From a virus: a DNA stretch of 50,262 bases. The translations under genes and the position numbers were made by a program. The notes beneath the pieces were generated by a model. It was not told the DNA's origin. It searched no databases and was given only the letters and a program-made list of their open reading frames with translations. Positions 33,577 through 43,026 of the stretch are shown here, piece after piece. Each line of letters starts with the position of its first letter. Positions within the stretch are counted from its first letter, which is position 1. The DNA is taken from IMG/VR virus record IMGVR_UViG_3300046697_000178, positions 1 through 50,262 of that record; one strand, 5' to 3'.

Positions 33577-33761
33577 TGATCGAGAAACAGCAGGTGTGGG
33601 CGTTGAAGAATACAGAGAAGCCATACAATCTAATTCCGCCGATGGACGACGACGGAACTGACTGCTTTATGGCGTACCACACCTATGCCGATGCGTGCAT
33701 CGGTGCCGTGTATCAGCGTGAAACCTTCGACGTGGAAAGCGAGCCGATTCAACTTGCATAA
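33576..33761 (+). CDS. Hypothetical protein (61 aa).
   Basis: TAATG overlap at 33574..33578. Confidence 0.5.
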   Translation: MIEKQQVWALKNTEKPYNLIPPMDDDGTDCFMAYHTYADACIGAVYQRETFDVESEPIQLA

Positions 33762-34047
33762 CATTGAAAACGAAAAACGTCTGTTGGTCGCGCAACGTAC
33801 CCTATTCGCTGCCGTGGCGGACCTGGCCGACGCGATCCGACATGGCAATCACGATGACATCGAGGAAGCAACCTTGAGTCTGATGGTCGACACGATCCAC
33901 GCCGAGGTGGCCGACGACGTTGACAGCGCGATCGGCTACATATGCAAAGCGATCCGGTCGGGCACGTTCAGCCCGACGCGGCGCGATCGAGTGATTTGGC
34001 AATGCGCCGTGCGGTGCATTGAAGCGATGCTAAAGATTGACCCGTAA
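33754..34047 (+). CDS. Hypothetical helical protein (about 97 aa); the start is uncertain (TTG at 33754).
   Basis: Only the part after the upstream stop looks protein-like (NIENEKRLLVAQRTLFAAVADLADAIRHG..). Confidence 0.45.
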   Translation: MHNIENEKRLLVAQRTLFAAVADLADAIRHGNHDDIEEATLSLMVDTIHAEVADDVDSAIGYICKAIRSGTFSPTRRDRVIWQCAVRCIEAMLKIDP

Positions 34048-34065
34048 CCTAAAACTAAGGAGAGC

Positions 34066-34269
34066 GTGATTATGGCGAAAGAGAAAAAGACGGCGGTTGA
34101 GATTGCGTTGGACATGGCCCAAGAGCTTCGTCTGCGGATCGTGAAGTGCCGATTCGACCGCTACGAGGAAACGGCCATGCTGGACAAGTGCCGCGACATC
34201 ATCGCCAGCATCGAGCGCGCGGCGAAACCCAAGGATAAGGAGGAAGGCGGTGCAGACGATGGGAAGTGA
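34066..34269 (+). CDS. Small helical protein (65-67 aa).
   Basis: Track ORF; AAGGAG lies upstream, with GTG at 34066 or ATG at 34072 as start. Confidence 0.5.
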   Translation: MIMAKEKKTAVEIALDMAQELRLRIVKCRFDRYEETAMLDKCRDIIASIERAAKPKDKEEGGADDGK

Positions 34270-35029
34270 TTTATTTCCTTCAAGAGTTTGTGACGATGGG
34301 CCGCCAATGGTTCCATCCGGCGCTTTGGCGGTTCAGTCTTCGGCCGATCCGACGCCGCTGACGCTGATCGCAAAGATGATGGAGTCGGGGAAATTGACGG
34401 CCGAATCGGTGGCCGTAGCTGAGAAGCTGATGGCGATGCAAGAACACATTGAGGACCGGCAGGCGGAACGGGACTTTGCCCAGGCGTTTGCGGGGCTGCA
34501 AAGCGAGTTGACCAGCTTTCAGGCAACCAAGGCGGTGCCCGACAAGAATGGCAACACGCGGTACACCTACCTGCCATATGACGAGATCATGTTCAAGGTG
34601 CGGCCCCTCCTGGAACGATTTGGTTTTTCGGTCAGCTTCTCGACCGAGTTCATCGACGCCCGGATTCTTCAGACCTGCACGCTGCAACATCAGTGCGGCT
34701 ATCACCGCGACTACAAGGCATACGTCAGGGCTGGCAGTGGCCCGTATGGTGCCAACGAGGCTCAGGCCGATGGCGCCGCCATGAGCTACGCGAAGCGGTA
34801 TGCCCTCTGCAACGCTCTGAATATCGTGGTCGAGCACGACACGGACGCCCGGCTGGAAGGCGTCCCGATCACGCAAGAGCAGGCCGACACGCTCTGCCAG
34901 ATGGTCCACGACTCCCACTCCAACGAGCAGGCGTTCCTGAAGTACGCCGGGGCGTGCGACTACATTGAAATCGGCTCGAACCGCTATAACGATCTTTTCG
35001 CCGCGCTCAAAAAGAAGATGCCAAAATGA
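34250..35029 (+). CDS. erf: ERF-family single-strand annealing protein (about 256-259 aa).
   Basis: ..NTRYTYLPYDEIMFKVRPLLERFGF..AMSYAKRYALCNALNI.. is typical of the Erf superfamily. It is paired with an exonuclease gene through an ATGA overlap. Confidence 0.75.
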   Translation: MQTMGSDLFPSRVCDDGPPMVPSGALAVQSSADPTPLTLIAKMMESGKLTAESVAVAEKLMAMQEHIEDRQAERDFAQAFAGLQSELTSFQATKAVPDKNGNTRYTYLPYDEIMFKVRPLLERFGFSVSFSTEFIDARILQTCTLQHQCGYHRDYKAYVRAGSGPYGANEAQADGAAMSYAKRYALCNALNIVVEHDTDARLEGVPITQEQADTLCQMVHDSHSNEQAFLKYAGACDYIEIGSNRYNDLFAALKKKMPK

Positions 35030-35706
35030 AAACCTTCAAGTGCCCCCAGGGCAGTCCCGATTGGTTCCGAATCCGTCAGGGTGTTGTGACGGCTTCCGAG
35101 GTCGATAACCTGATAACCCCAGAATGGAAGCCAAGAACGGGTGAGGGCGTCAAAACGTATATGTGCCAGAAGATTGCCGAGCGTCTGCTGCCAATCGAGG
35201 AGGGCGAACGCCGCAGCGCGCCGTCGTGGGCTGCCGACCAGGGGCAGATTCTAGAAACGCTCGCCATTCCGTGGTTCGAGTTCGAGACTGGAAAAACAGT
35301 CGAGCGGGTCGGCTTCTGCCTTTCCGACGACGGCAAGATCGGCTGCTCGCCGGATGGGCTGATCGGCGACGACGCCGGGATCGAAACGAAATGTCCGCAG
35401 CCAAAGGCTCAGATTCGCTACTTGCTGGCCGGCGGCGTGCCGAAGGAGTATCTGGCGCAGGTGCATATGTCGCTGTTGGTGACGGGCCGGCAAACGTGGT
35501 GGTTTGTCTCGTACTCGCAAGACCTGCCGCGACTCATTGTGAAAGTCGAGCGCGACGAGACGATTTTGACAAAGCTACACCATACGATTTACGAGTTTTT
35601 GGACAAGATGGACGCGACCTTAGATAAGGTCGCGTCCCTCAATGTTCTGACACGATCATGTGTCGAGTCCGCCCCGGCCCCGGCCGACGATGACATCCCA
35701 TTTTAG
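35026..35706 (+). CDS. YqaJ / lambda-Exo-like PD-(D/E)XK recombination exonuclease (226 aa).
   Basis: QGSPDWFRIRQGVVTASE.., ..CSPDGLIGDDAGIETKCP.. (D..E-x-K). Confidence 0.8.
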   Translation: MKTFKCPQGSPDWFRIRQGVVTASEVDNLITPEWKPRTGEGVKTYMCQKIAERLLPIEEGERRSAPSWAADQGQILETLAIPWFEFETGKTVERVGFCLSDDGKIGCSPDGLIGDDAGIETKCPQPKAQIRYLLAGGVPKEYLAQVHMSLLVTGRQTWWFVSYSQDLPRLIVKVERDETILTKLHHTIYEFLDKMDATLDKVASLNVLTRSCVESAPAPADDDIPF

Positions 35707-35718
35707 GAGCGCGCCCCT

Positions 35719-36021
35719 ATGCGTGAAATGAGCGAGATGGAATTTGAGGTCTGCAAGCCTTGGGGTAAAGCGGTGTACAACGGCCGTGACGAACTGGCTG
35801 CCGCGTCCAAGTTGCGGCCGGGCGATGTGTGCGGCCAGGGTACGGACCTGATGGGCGCGCATCTGGACGCGACCCGACAACTCAACGCCATTCAGATCGC
35901 CGACCCGGATGGCAAGGCACGCGACCGCCTACGTTGCGCCGTCGTCGCTGTGGAGGTGGCTCGACAGATTCGATTCGCCCAACAACGACAAGGAGTCGAT
36001 CATGCAGGCGAAGTTGTTTGA
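35719..36021 (+). CDS. Hypothetical protein (100 aa).
   Basis: Track ORF; its C-terminus overlaps the next gene by 20 nt. Confidence 0.45.
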   Translation: MREMSEMEFEVCKPWGKAVYNGRDELAAASKLRPGDVCGQGTDLMGAHLDATRQLNAIQIADPDGKARDRLRCAVVAVEVARQIRFAQQRQGVDHAGEVV

Positions 36022-36562
36022 AGGTGTCGAAGATGAGAAGCCCAAGCGGCGCGTCGATGGGCATGCCGCGAAATCAGGCAGCGGCCCGCTCGGCAAGACC
36101 TGTCGGGACTGCGAGCATTGTGAGCGCGTTCGCTACCACGATAAGAAATACATCAAGTGCGGCTTGATGCGCGCCGTCTGGACGCATGGCGGCGGCACGG
36201 ACATTCGCGCCAAAGACGCCGCCTGCCGCCTATTTGTCCGCGTGCGCTTGGTGGGCTTCAATCCGCCGACGATTGGCGAGGTGGCGGCCTATGTGGCGAC
36301 ACGGAAAAAGAAGATCGACCCGGAGGCGTTTGTCGATCACTACACGTCGAACGGCTGGTCGGTCGGCAAGGCGAAGATGCGGGACTGGAAGGCGGCGGTA
36401 CGCAATTGGGAGCGGCGCGACCTCAACGGACAGCAGCACAAAGTCTACGTCCCCAATCCGGCACGGATGCCCGAGGTTGTGCCGCCTGAGAAACGACTAC
36501 AGGCTGGCGAGGGCCGCAAGATCATGCAGGAAGCGATGGCCAAGGTCCGGGAGGGCCGTTGA
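36002..36562 (+). CDS. Cys-cluster protein (186 aa) with a W-rich C-terminal domain; possible replication-organizer or DnaD-like protein.
   Basis: AAGGAG upstream of the ATG at 36002; CRDCEHCERVRYHDKKYIKCG; ..DHYTSNGWSVGKAKMRDWKAAVRNWERR. The function is a guess. Confidence 0.55.
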   Translation: MQAKLFEGVEDEKPKRRVDGHAAKSGSGPLGKTCRDCEHCERVRYHDKKYIKCGLMRAVWTHGGGTDIRAKDAACRLFVRVRLVGFNPPTIGEVAAYVATRKKKIDPEAFVDHYTSNGWSVGKAKMRDWKAAVRNWERRDLNGQQHKVYVPNPARMPEVVPPEKRLQAGEGRKIMQEAMAKVREGR

Positions 36563-36759
36563 TGTTTCCGGCAGCGATCCAGTTTGACCGGCGCTACAGC
36601 GGCAAGGACGGCACGATCCGCCACATCGTCGGCCGGGGCGACCGGAGCGTGGACTATCAGCCGGGGCCGGAGCGCGACAGGCTACAGCTTGCCGTGAGGA
36701 TGTCCCTCATGGAGTTTGCGGCCTGGGCACAAGAAGAACACGAAAGGATAGAGCCATGA
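36562..36759 (+). CDS. Hypothetical protein (65 aa).
   Basis: TGATG overlap at 36560..36564 and ATGA overlap at 36756..36759. Confidence 0.5.
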   Translation: MFPAAIQFDRRYSGKDGTIRHIVGRGDRSVDYQPGPERDRLQLAVRMSLMEFAAWAQEEHERIEP

Positions 36760-37418
36760 ATGCCACAACGATGACATTTGATTTCGGAGATGGCCGAGGC
36801 GCGGTGCCGGCATTTAGACATGCAAACCCAGACGGCACCGAGGGCGGAGTATGTGCTGCAAGCGCAATAGTTCCTGAATCGGCCAGCGTGCATCGCAGCG
36901 CGCAAATCGGGGACGGCTGCACGCTCGGGAACGGCTGCACGCTCGGGTACCGCTGCACGCTCGGGAACGACTGCAAGCTCGGGTACGGCTGCACGCTCGG
37001 GGACGGCTGCACGCTCGGGTACGGCTGCACGCTCGGGTACGGCTGCAAGCTCGGGAACGACTGCAAGCTCGGGTACGGCTGCAAGCTCGGGAACGGCTGC
37101 ACGCTCGGGAACGGCTGCACGCTCGGGAACGACTGCAAGCTCGGGTACCTCTGCACGCTCATGGACGGCTGCACGCACATAAAGCAACCGCTCGTCATTT
37201 TCGGAACACGGCACATCGTCTGTATGGTTTCAGACACAGAACTGCAAATTGGCTGCATTGTGAAATCACTGGAGTTTTGGTTGACCGACATTCATGGCAA
37301 TCACGAAGTCGGTCATTCACAAGGCTACAGCGATGCAGAGATTTCCGAGTACGACCGCTACGTTCTCTTGGCGGCGGAAATGTACCCTCAAGCAGTCGGC
37401 ACGAAGACTACCGACTAA
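36756..37418 (+). CDS. Hexapeptide-repeat (left-handed beta-helix type) protein (220 aa) with a Cys in nearly every repeat.
   Basis: About 15 consecutive L-G-x-x-C-(T/K) hexads (LGNGCTLGYRCTLGNDCKLGYGCTLGDGCT..). Confidence 0.75.
   Translation: MNATTMTFDFGDGRGAVPAFRHANPDGTEGGVCAASAIVPESASVHRSAQIGDGCTLGNGCTLGYRCTLGNDCKLGYGCTLGDGCTLGYGCTLGYGCKLGNDCKLGYGCKLGNGCTLGNGCTLGNDCKLGYLCTLMDGCTHIKQPLVIFGTRHIVCMVSDTELQIGCIVKSLEFWLTDIHGNHEVGHSQGYSDAEISEYDRYVLLAAEMYPQAVGTKTTD
36906..37175 (+). repeat. Tandem 18-bp repeat (about 15 units, consensus ctcgggaacggctgcacg) encoding the hexapeptide pairs.
   Basis: Read directly. The units differ mainly at aac/tac/gac and acg/aag positions. Confidence 0.9.
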
Positions 37419-37436
37419 ACACGAAAGGAACAAGCG

Positions 37437-38246
37437 ATGAGTGAACCTGAAAACGACACCGACACCGACACTGGACCCCGCTGGACACCAGCGCAAGAGG
37501 GCTTTGTATTCCTGGGACGACACGGAGATTTCGACCTGGGTTATCGTGTCTGCGACGGGGAGTTGCGAACCGTCGTTACATTCCAATCCAGAGATAGATC
37601 CGCGGAACATAAGGAGGCAGAGCGGCTGTTGCACGCGTTGTCTGTGAAGCTGCTGGCGGAGTACGCGGCGAAGCAGAGCGAACCGGCGACAGAGGCGAAA
37701 CAGTCGAAATACAACATGACACCGCGATTCACGGTTCCGGAAAACGCGACGTTCCTCGGGCGGTTTGGCAAGCGCGACTTGTGGTATCGCATTCACGACA
37801 ACGTGCCGATGGTCGATTTTTACTCTAAAGAAATCCTGGTTATTTTTTGGATGGCGTTCAATGCGGATGAAGATCATCCCGGCAGGGCCGAAGCGTGGCG
37901 ACGTGCCCGCGAACGCGGCTTGGCGATTACGATGGCGGATATGCAAGATGCGGAGCCGCAGCCGAAAGCGGCGCAGCCGAACGAGCCGAAGTGGCCGTGG
38001 TACGGCTGGTGGGACAATAAGCATACCATCAGAAATCTGCGGATGTTTCCCGATTCCAAGTCATGGGTGGTGTGTTTTGATTCACGCGGTAATCCGGGGC
38101 CGGCTGGCAAATTCCTATCCCTAAGTGACGGCAAATGGACGGTTAGAAACGAAATTGAATGGAGTGATCGTAAGCGTTATTACACCCCCGCCGACCCCGC
38201 TGAGGCCCGTGCGGTTATTGCGGCGGCACGAAACCAACAAACATAG
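37437..38246 (+). CDS. Hypothetical protein (269 aa) with an internal duplication.
   Basis: FVFLGRHGDFDLGYRV and ATFLGRFGKRDLWYRI segments. Confidence 0.6.
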   Translation: MSEPENDTDTDTGPRWTPAQEGFVFLGRHGDFDLGYRVCDGELRTVVTFQSRDRSAEHKEAERLLHALSVKLLAEYAAKQSEPATEAKQSKYNMTPRFTVPENATFLGRFGKRDLWYRIHDNVPMVDFYSKEILVIFWMAFNADEDHPGRAEAWRRARERGLAITMADMQDAEPQPKAAQPNEPKWPWYGWWDNKHTIRNLRMFPDSKSWVVCFDSRGNPGPAGKFLSLSDGKWTVRNEIEWSDRKRYYTPADPAEARAVIAAARNQQT

Positions 38247-38255
38247 GAGACGATC

Positions 38256-39755
38256 ATGCGCGTGATACCAGAAGACAGACTAAGAAACCTGGCTGACAAG
38301 TTGTGGGGATATGACCTGTCTTACGCGACCATGTGCGATGTGCTTAGTTCGTTTCTCGTTGACCTGCCCGAGCTCGGCGAGGCGTTGACGGACGACCAGA
38401 AGCGCGTAGTACACGATGCTGCTTACCGGGATTACCAAACACCGGTGAGTGAAAGACACCACCTTGCGGCGGCACTTTCCGCCATCCGCCTTGCCCCGGC
38501 GAAAACAGAGCAGACTGCCACGACAATGCCCCCAATCCTTCCCCTGCCTCACCTTCGGCCAGATGGATTCTGGCGTCATGCCGACTTGCTTTTAATGACT
38601 GCTGAAGAGAGGGCGATTTTCGAGTTGGTTCAGCGTGTGGAGGCTCTTGGGGCGCATCCGCTTCTGACGGAAGTTGTGACCCTGCTTGGTAATGCAAGAT
38701 ACAAGCTGGCTGATTGGCTGGAACAACCGGGCTATCAGCCGGCCACGGCAAGAGCCGAGCCTAAGCCGACCAGCGCGGAACTACTGTCGAAGGTGCGCGG
38801 CATCTTCGCGGATGAGGCTGCAAGAGACAGGTTTGGCACGGGATACGTGAACGCTATACGAACTGGAAATCGGTCTATGTTTGATGTGACTAGAGTAATA
38901 CTGGCGGCCATCGACAAGATTATGCCGCTGCTTGCCGCCACGCACACAGACGAGGAGTACCAAAGTCTTTTGGAACAAGCGAGCATCTGGGAGGCAAAGG
39001 CACTCAAACAAGAGGAGCTTGTCGGCGAAAAGCAAGCGACGATTGACCAACTCAGGCATGACGTAGAGAGTCAAGGCGCTTGCTGCAAAGAGCGGTACGA
39101 ACAAATCGAGAGCCTCAAAGCCCAGCTTGCAAAATTGGACCAATACCGAGAGTACCGCCGTGCCATACATGTCATCCAAGACGAATGCCTTAAGGTCGAT
39201 CCAGACATTTGGCTTGGAGGAACGACGTGCGTTGGAGCCGTGAAAAAGATTGTTGCCACGGTGCTGACCCTAAGAGAGCAGCTGGCGGCACGGCCTACGG
39301 GGAAGCTGACAGAAGACCATATCTGCGAAGTCAACCGCATCCTCGATCAGAGACATATCCTTCGTTCCGTCCGACAAGAGCAAGCGTTGGCTTATCTCCG
39401 CTACATCACCGTCGTGGCCGCCCAGCCCGAGCAGCAAGCCGCACCGCGCGACCTCGACGCGGAGTTAACCAGCATTCTCAGAACAACGCAATTCTCCGTG
39501 TCGATAGAGCCCGGGGAATGCTGGGAAGTATACGCTGCCAGCAGCGATGAACCATGCTCGTCCGGGCACGGCATAGAGTCGCTGCTTGTCAAACTCCGCA
39601 AACTTGCCAAGCCCAAGAGTGAGGCGGACATCGACCGCGAAGTGCTGGCAGCATTTGATGAGTGGAATCGCATAGAACCAGGAGTCGTGTCGAAAGAGGA
39701 GCAGGCTCTCCGCGACCGCTTCGCCGCGAAGATTGAAAAGGATGGTGCGAAATGA
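38256..39755 (+). CDS. Hypothetical protein (499 aa) with a central coiled-coil-like region.
   Basis: Track ORF. Confidence 0.6.
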   Translation: MRVIPEDRLRNLADKLWGYDLSYATMCDVLSSFLVDLPELGEALTDDQKRVVHDAAYRDYQTPVSERHHLAAALSAIRLAPAKTEQTATTMPPILPLPHLRPDGFWRHADLLLMTAEERAIFELVQRVEALGAHPLLTEVVTLLGNARYKLADWLEQPGYQPATARAEPKPTSAELLSKVRGIFADEAARDRFGTGYVNAIRTGNRSMFDVTRVILAAIDKIMPLLAATHTDEEYQSLLEQASIWEAKALKQEELVGEKQATIDQLRHDVESQGACCKERYEQIESLKAQLAKLDQYREYRRAIHVIQDECLKVDPDIWLGGTTCVGAVKKIVATVLTLREQLAARPTGKLTEDHICEVNRILDQRHILRSVRQEQALAYLRYITVVAAQPEQQAAPRDLDAELTSILRTTQFSVSIEPGECWEVYAASSDEPCSSGHGIESLLVKLRKLAKPKSEADIDREVLAAFDEWNRIEPGVVSKEEQALRDRFAAKIEKDGAK

Positions 39756-40228
39756 AAACCATGAGCCACAGCGAGAAGTTCATTCTTTTAACTGGTCGCA
39801 TGAACTATATCGAGGAGTTCATTCTCCGCATGGAGCGGCACTCCGCAACACAGATCGTCGCAAGCTGCAACAGTCCATCGTGGATCGGATATCACAACGC
39901 AATGGAGGATTGCGCAAATGAGTTGGATCGTTATGATGAAGCCCGAAAGGATAAAGACATGAGCAAAGAACGAAGCAAGGGTGACGACCCGGCGTTTCCG
40001 GGAGGCGTTGCGGGGACAGAGTACGGAGATCACGCCGGAGAGCCAATGTACGACGGTATAACAAAGCGCGAGTGGTTCGCCGGGATGGCGATACAGGGGA
40101 TCATCGCCTTTGAGGCTAGTATCAGGGGTGGCCAGGAGCGCCCTGCAATGATGCTGGCGCAAGACTGTAGGCGTGCCTATATGTACGCTGATGCTATGCT
40201 TGCCGAGAGCGAGAAAGGGAAACCATGA
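39752..40228 (+). CDS. Conserved phage hypothetical protein (158 aa).
   Basis: ATGA overlaps at both ends. The C-terminal GITKREWFAGMAIQG..YADAML motif is common in uncharacterised phage proteins. Confidence 0.6.
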   Translation: MKTMSHSEKFILLTGRMNYIEEFILRMERHSATQIVASCNSPSWIGYHNAMEDCANELDRYDEARKDKDMSKERSKGDDPAFPGGVAGTEYGDHAGEPMYDGITKREWFAGMAIQGIIAFEASIRGGQERPAMMLAQDCRRAYMYADAMLAESEKGKP

Positions 40229-40587
40229 TTCGCGTAACAGTGGAAGGCGGTTTGCAGGCGATGTTTTACGAAACCGAAAAGGTGATGCTCTGCCGGGACA
40301 TTCTTGGCGGAGAATATATCCTTGACGAAGCGGAGTGCCGCGCCAAAGAGATCGAGAAGAGATTCGCCCAGGGGTATCAGTACATTTTTCTCGATCGCAA
40401 TTTATTCAGCGATATTCCGTCGTGTGGAATAGTACGCGATTGCGACTCAGATGGTTACCTCGACAGAAAGTGCGATAGTCTCGGCGCGTACCGCATTACC
40501 AGGGTGCGTGCCACGCCCAACGACTGGCCCGCGTTTATCGCCAATAGGCGATGGCCGCACGGATTGATCGTTGTAGAGTTGCAGTAA
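40225..40587 (+). CDS. Hypothetical protein (120 aa).
   Basis: Track ORF. Confidence 0.55.
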   Translation: MIRVTVEGGLQAMFYETEKVMLCRDILGGEYILDEAECRAKEIEKRFAQGYQYIFLDRNLFSDIPSCGIVRDCDSDGYLDRKCDSLGAYRITRVRATPNDWPAFIANRRWPHGLIVVELQ

Positions 40588-40639
40588 TGAACAGCGGCCG
40601 CTAGAGTAGGATTCCCAATTTAACCAGGGAGGGTCGTCG

Positions 40640-41224
40640 ATGACACTACCGCACGGAATCAAGACGGGACACGCAAGCAAGCTGCCGGGCGACTATCGAC
40701 CGCAAGGGGTTGAGCCGCCCGTGGCGCAGAAAAAGCGCCGCACGAGTGCGGAGTGGCTGACGTGCTACCTGGCCACCCCGCCCGCTCCTGAGCAGAGTGC
40801 GGTCGAACGCCAGCAGCAGCGCGACCTATTCGCGCGACACGATGCCGTGGTGTTGTCCATCCGTTTGCCGCTGGCCCCCAGTGCCAACAACCTCAAGTCG
40901 ATTCAGACGCTTCCGGGCCATAGGCCCTTCCTCGTTCCCTCCACGCAGTACAAAGCCTACAAGAAGGCTGTGGCCACATTTTGGCAGAGACACTTCCAGG
41001 GCTGGACGCCGGGGCCGCTGACGGGCCGCTTGCGATTGACGATCCTTGTGCATCAGGCCCGCAACGGTGGCGACATCGCCAATCGGGAAAAGGCGCTGTG
41101 CGACTCATTGAGCGAGTGTGGGGCCTGGCTGGACGACGTGCAGATTGACGATCTACATTTGATTCGCGGGGACGTGTTGCCCCCGTACGGTGCGATCGAC
41201 CTGACGATCGAAACTATTTCCTAG
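40640..41224 (+). CDS. rusA: RusA-family Holliday junction resolvase (194 aa, long N-terminal extension).
   Basis: LPLAPSANNL..VPSTQYKAYKKAV..GDIANREKALCDSLSECGAWLDDVQIDDL (the D-x-x-N..K..D..DD pattern). Confidence 0.75.
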   Translation: MTLPHGIKTGHASKLPGDYRPQGVEPPVAQKKRRTSAEWLTCYLATPPAPEQSAVERQQQRDLFARHDAVVLSIRLPLAPSANNLKSIQTLPGHRPFLVPSTQYKAYKKAVATFWQRHFQGWTPGPLTGRLRLTILVHQARNGGDIANREKALCDSLSECGAWLDDVQIDDLHLIRGDVLPPYGAIDLTIETIS

Positions 41225-41236
41225 AAAGGGAAAACG

Positions 41237-41518
41237 ATGGGACGACAGATGAAAATGGTCGAGACGGACGTGGAGGTGCCGGCGGCGGTGCAAGATGCCG
41301 CCGACGCCTACGTGAAGTCGAAGAGATTGGTGGCTAAACATCGGGAGGCGATGAACGGCAACCTGGATCGCTTGGTCGAGGAGATGAAGGAGGCCGAGAT
41401 CACCGAGGTCTACGTGGACGATCGGGAGAAGAGGATCATCTTGTCCGAGAAGGATGCGGTTAAGATTGTGAAGACGAAGAAGGCCAACGACGGGGCTGAG
41501 GACGAGGACGAGGAGTAA
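41237..41518 (+). CDS. Acidic small protein (93 aa).
   Basis: Track ORF. Confidence 0.55.
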   Translation: MGRQMKMVETDVEVPAAVQDAADAYVKSKRLVAKHREAMNGNLDRLVEEMKEAEITEVYVDDREKRIILSEKDAVKIVKTKKANDGAEDEDEE

Positions 41519-41621
41519 GCCGGGGAGGATGCCCCGTGGTCCGTAACCATTGGCCGCTGAAGGGACGCGGCGGCCAGTGTCTTTTTGAAGCCGAGCGAGC
41601 AAAGGGGGTGCCAGGGATAAC

Positions 41622-41837
41622 ATGAGCAACTTTTGTCAACTGATCGTCGTTTTATTTATTGTGCTCTACTTGATCGGCAGCAGTCTACATCTTGCTGCTG
41701 CTATGTTTCGTGAACCGCCCCATTCAGACATCCCGCCGCCGATAATTTTACTTGTGATGGGACTTGGTATCTTTTTGTTCTGGCCAGCGTTGGCTGCACG
41801 CGACATTTTGGTGTGGTTCAGAAAGGTACACAAATGA
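41622..41837 (+). CDS. Two-TM small membrane protein (71 aa) in an AT-richer island.
   Basis: QLIVVLFIVLYLIGSSLHLAAA and IILLVMGLGIFLFWPALAA. Confidence 0.55.
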   Translation: MSNFCQLIVVLFIVLYLIGSSLHLAAAMFREPPHSDIPPPIILLVMGLGIFLFWPALAARDILVWFRKVHK

Positions 41838-41891
41838 GTAGCACTAAACCCGCTCGACGGAGAGTAAGGAATAAAAACAAGGAGAATTAAC

Positions 41892-42302
41892 GTGGGATGC
41901 TTAGACGGTAGTGCAGCTTCATGGAACGACGAGGGGCCGGGTGAATATTGGGAACCATCCAAATCCTGGATCAAAAAACACCGTGGCGTCATAGAAGAGG
42001 TTACGAATACACCCCAATCAAAGTCCGCACTTCAGCCATGCGGTCCATCTTACGAAGATGTGCGAAAAGCCAAACGACGCCTCGATAAGGCAACACGAGC
42101 CGCCTGCGACATGCGAACGATCCTTCGTCGATCAGGATTAGAACACGAACTGACCAAGGAAACGCGAAAATGGATAAAAAAACACGACGGCGAAGATGCT
42201 GCCCGCATTCAGAACGAAGATAAAAGCGGCGAGCGTGAAGGCACACGACGCAAGGCTTTGGACAAGCTGACTTTAGACGAGCGTCGTGTATTGGGGCTAT
42301 AG
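41892..42302 (+). CDS. Basic hypothetical protein (136 aa, GTG start).
   Basis: Track ORF. Its stop overlaps the convergent stop of the minus-strand gene. Confidence 0.5.
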   Translation: MGCLDGSAASWNDEGPGEYWEPSKSWIKKHRGVIEEVTNTPQSKSALQPCGPSYEDVRKAKRRLDKATRAACDMRTILRRSGLEHELTKETRKWIKKHDGEDAARIQNEDKSGEREGTRRKALDKLTLDERRVLGL

Positions 42303-43019
42303 CCGCTCGACGGAGAGCAGCGCGTCAGTTCCCGCCTCGACGTGATCGGTTCGCTTCTGTAGCGTCTTGAACTTGAACCGCGGATCGAGCGGCAAGATCA
42401 GATTGCACTGACTGCCCCAGCGCACGACGTGCGACCGCTGGTTCTGAGACAGCGGGGCATGGTGGCGATGATCGAACGGCAAAATGGCATTCACGTCCGA
42501 GTCGGCCAGAAGCACCATGTAGTATTCGTACTGCATGGGCGTGTTGTTGATGCGGCACAAGACCCTGGCGTTCGTGGCCATGTAGCGCAGGTCGATCTTG
42601 CTGACCACGCCCTTCTTCACGATGCTCTGTTCTTCGTACAACATCGGCAGGTTGGCCGTCCTGATGGGATCGACGTGCTGATTCGTCAGGATGCCGCTGG
42701 TCGGCATGCGCACGATATGCACGTCGTAGAAGCTGAGGAACACCCCGATTACCAAACATGGCTGGTCGATCTTCCACGGCTTTAGGAGGTCGGAGAGCGT
42801 CACGTCCACGCCCTTGGCTTCAATCACGTCGCCCGCGGGTGCCACCCGGCTCTGGCTGATGATCGTACCATCAACCGGCGAGAAAAACTTCGAGGAGTCG
42901 ATCTGCTGGGCGCGGCAGGGATCGCGGAAGAATTTTTCGTGCGACATGACCTTCAAGGACACGTCGCCGTACTTCTCCATCGCTTCCTTCCGCCAAACCG
43001 ACATTGGGGTAGACATCAT
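42297..43019 (-). CDS. Phosphatidylserine-decarboxylase-family (pyruvoyl-dependent) decarboxylase homolog (240 aa).
   Basis: FFSPVDGTI (SPxDG), VFLSFYDVHIVRMPTSG (compare LSPxDYHRxHxPxxG) and VRWGSQCNLIL (compare F-x-LGST self-cleavage site). GAGGG lies upstream of the ATG. Confidence 0.7.
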   Translation of the reverse strand: MMSTPMSVWRKEAMEKYGDVSLKVMSHEKFFRDPCRAQQIDSSKFFSPVDGTIISQSRVAPAGDVIEAKGVDVTLSDLLKPWKIDQPCLVIGVFLSFYDVHIVRMPTSGILTNQHVDPIRTANLPMLYEEQSIVKKGVVSKIDLRYMATNARVLCRINNTPMQYEYYMVLLADSDVNAILPFDHRHHAPLSQNQRSHVVRWGSQCNLILPLDPRFKFKTLQKRTDHVEAGTDALLSVERL

Positions 43020-43026
43020 GCCCTCG

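Noticed and set aside
36906-37175. Regular 18-bp repeat array that could superficially be mistaken for a CRISPR-like or satellite array.
   Set aside because: There are no spacers, the units are contiguous, and they are in frame as hexapeptide pairs of a protein-coding gene.
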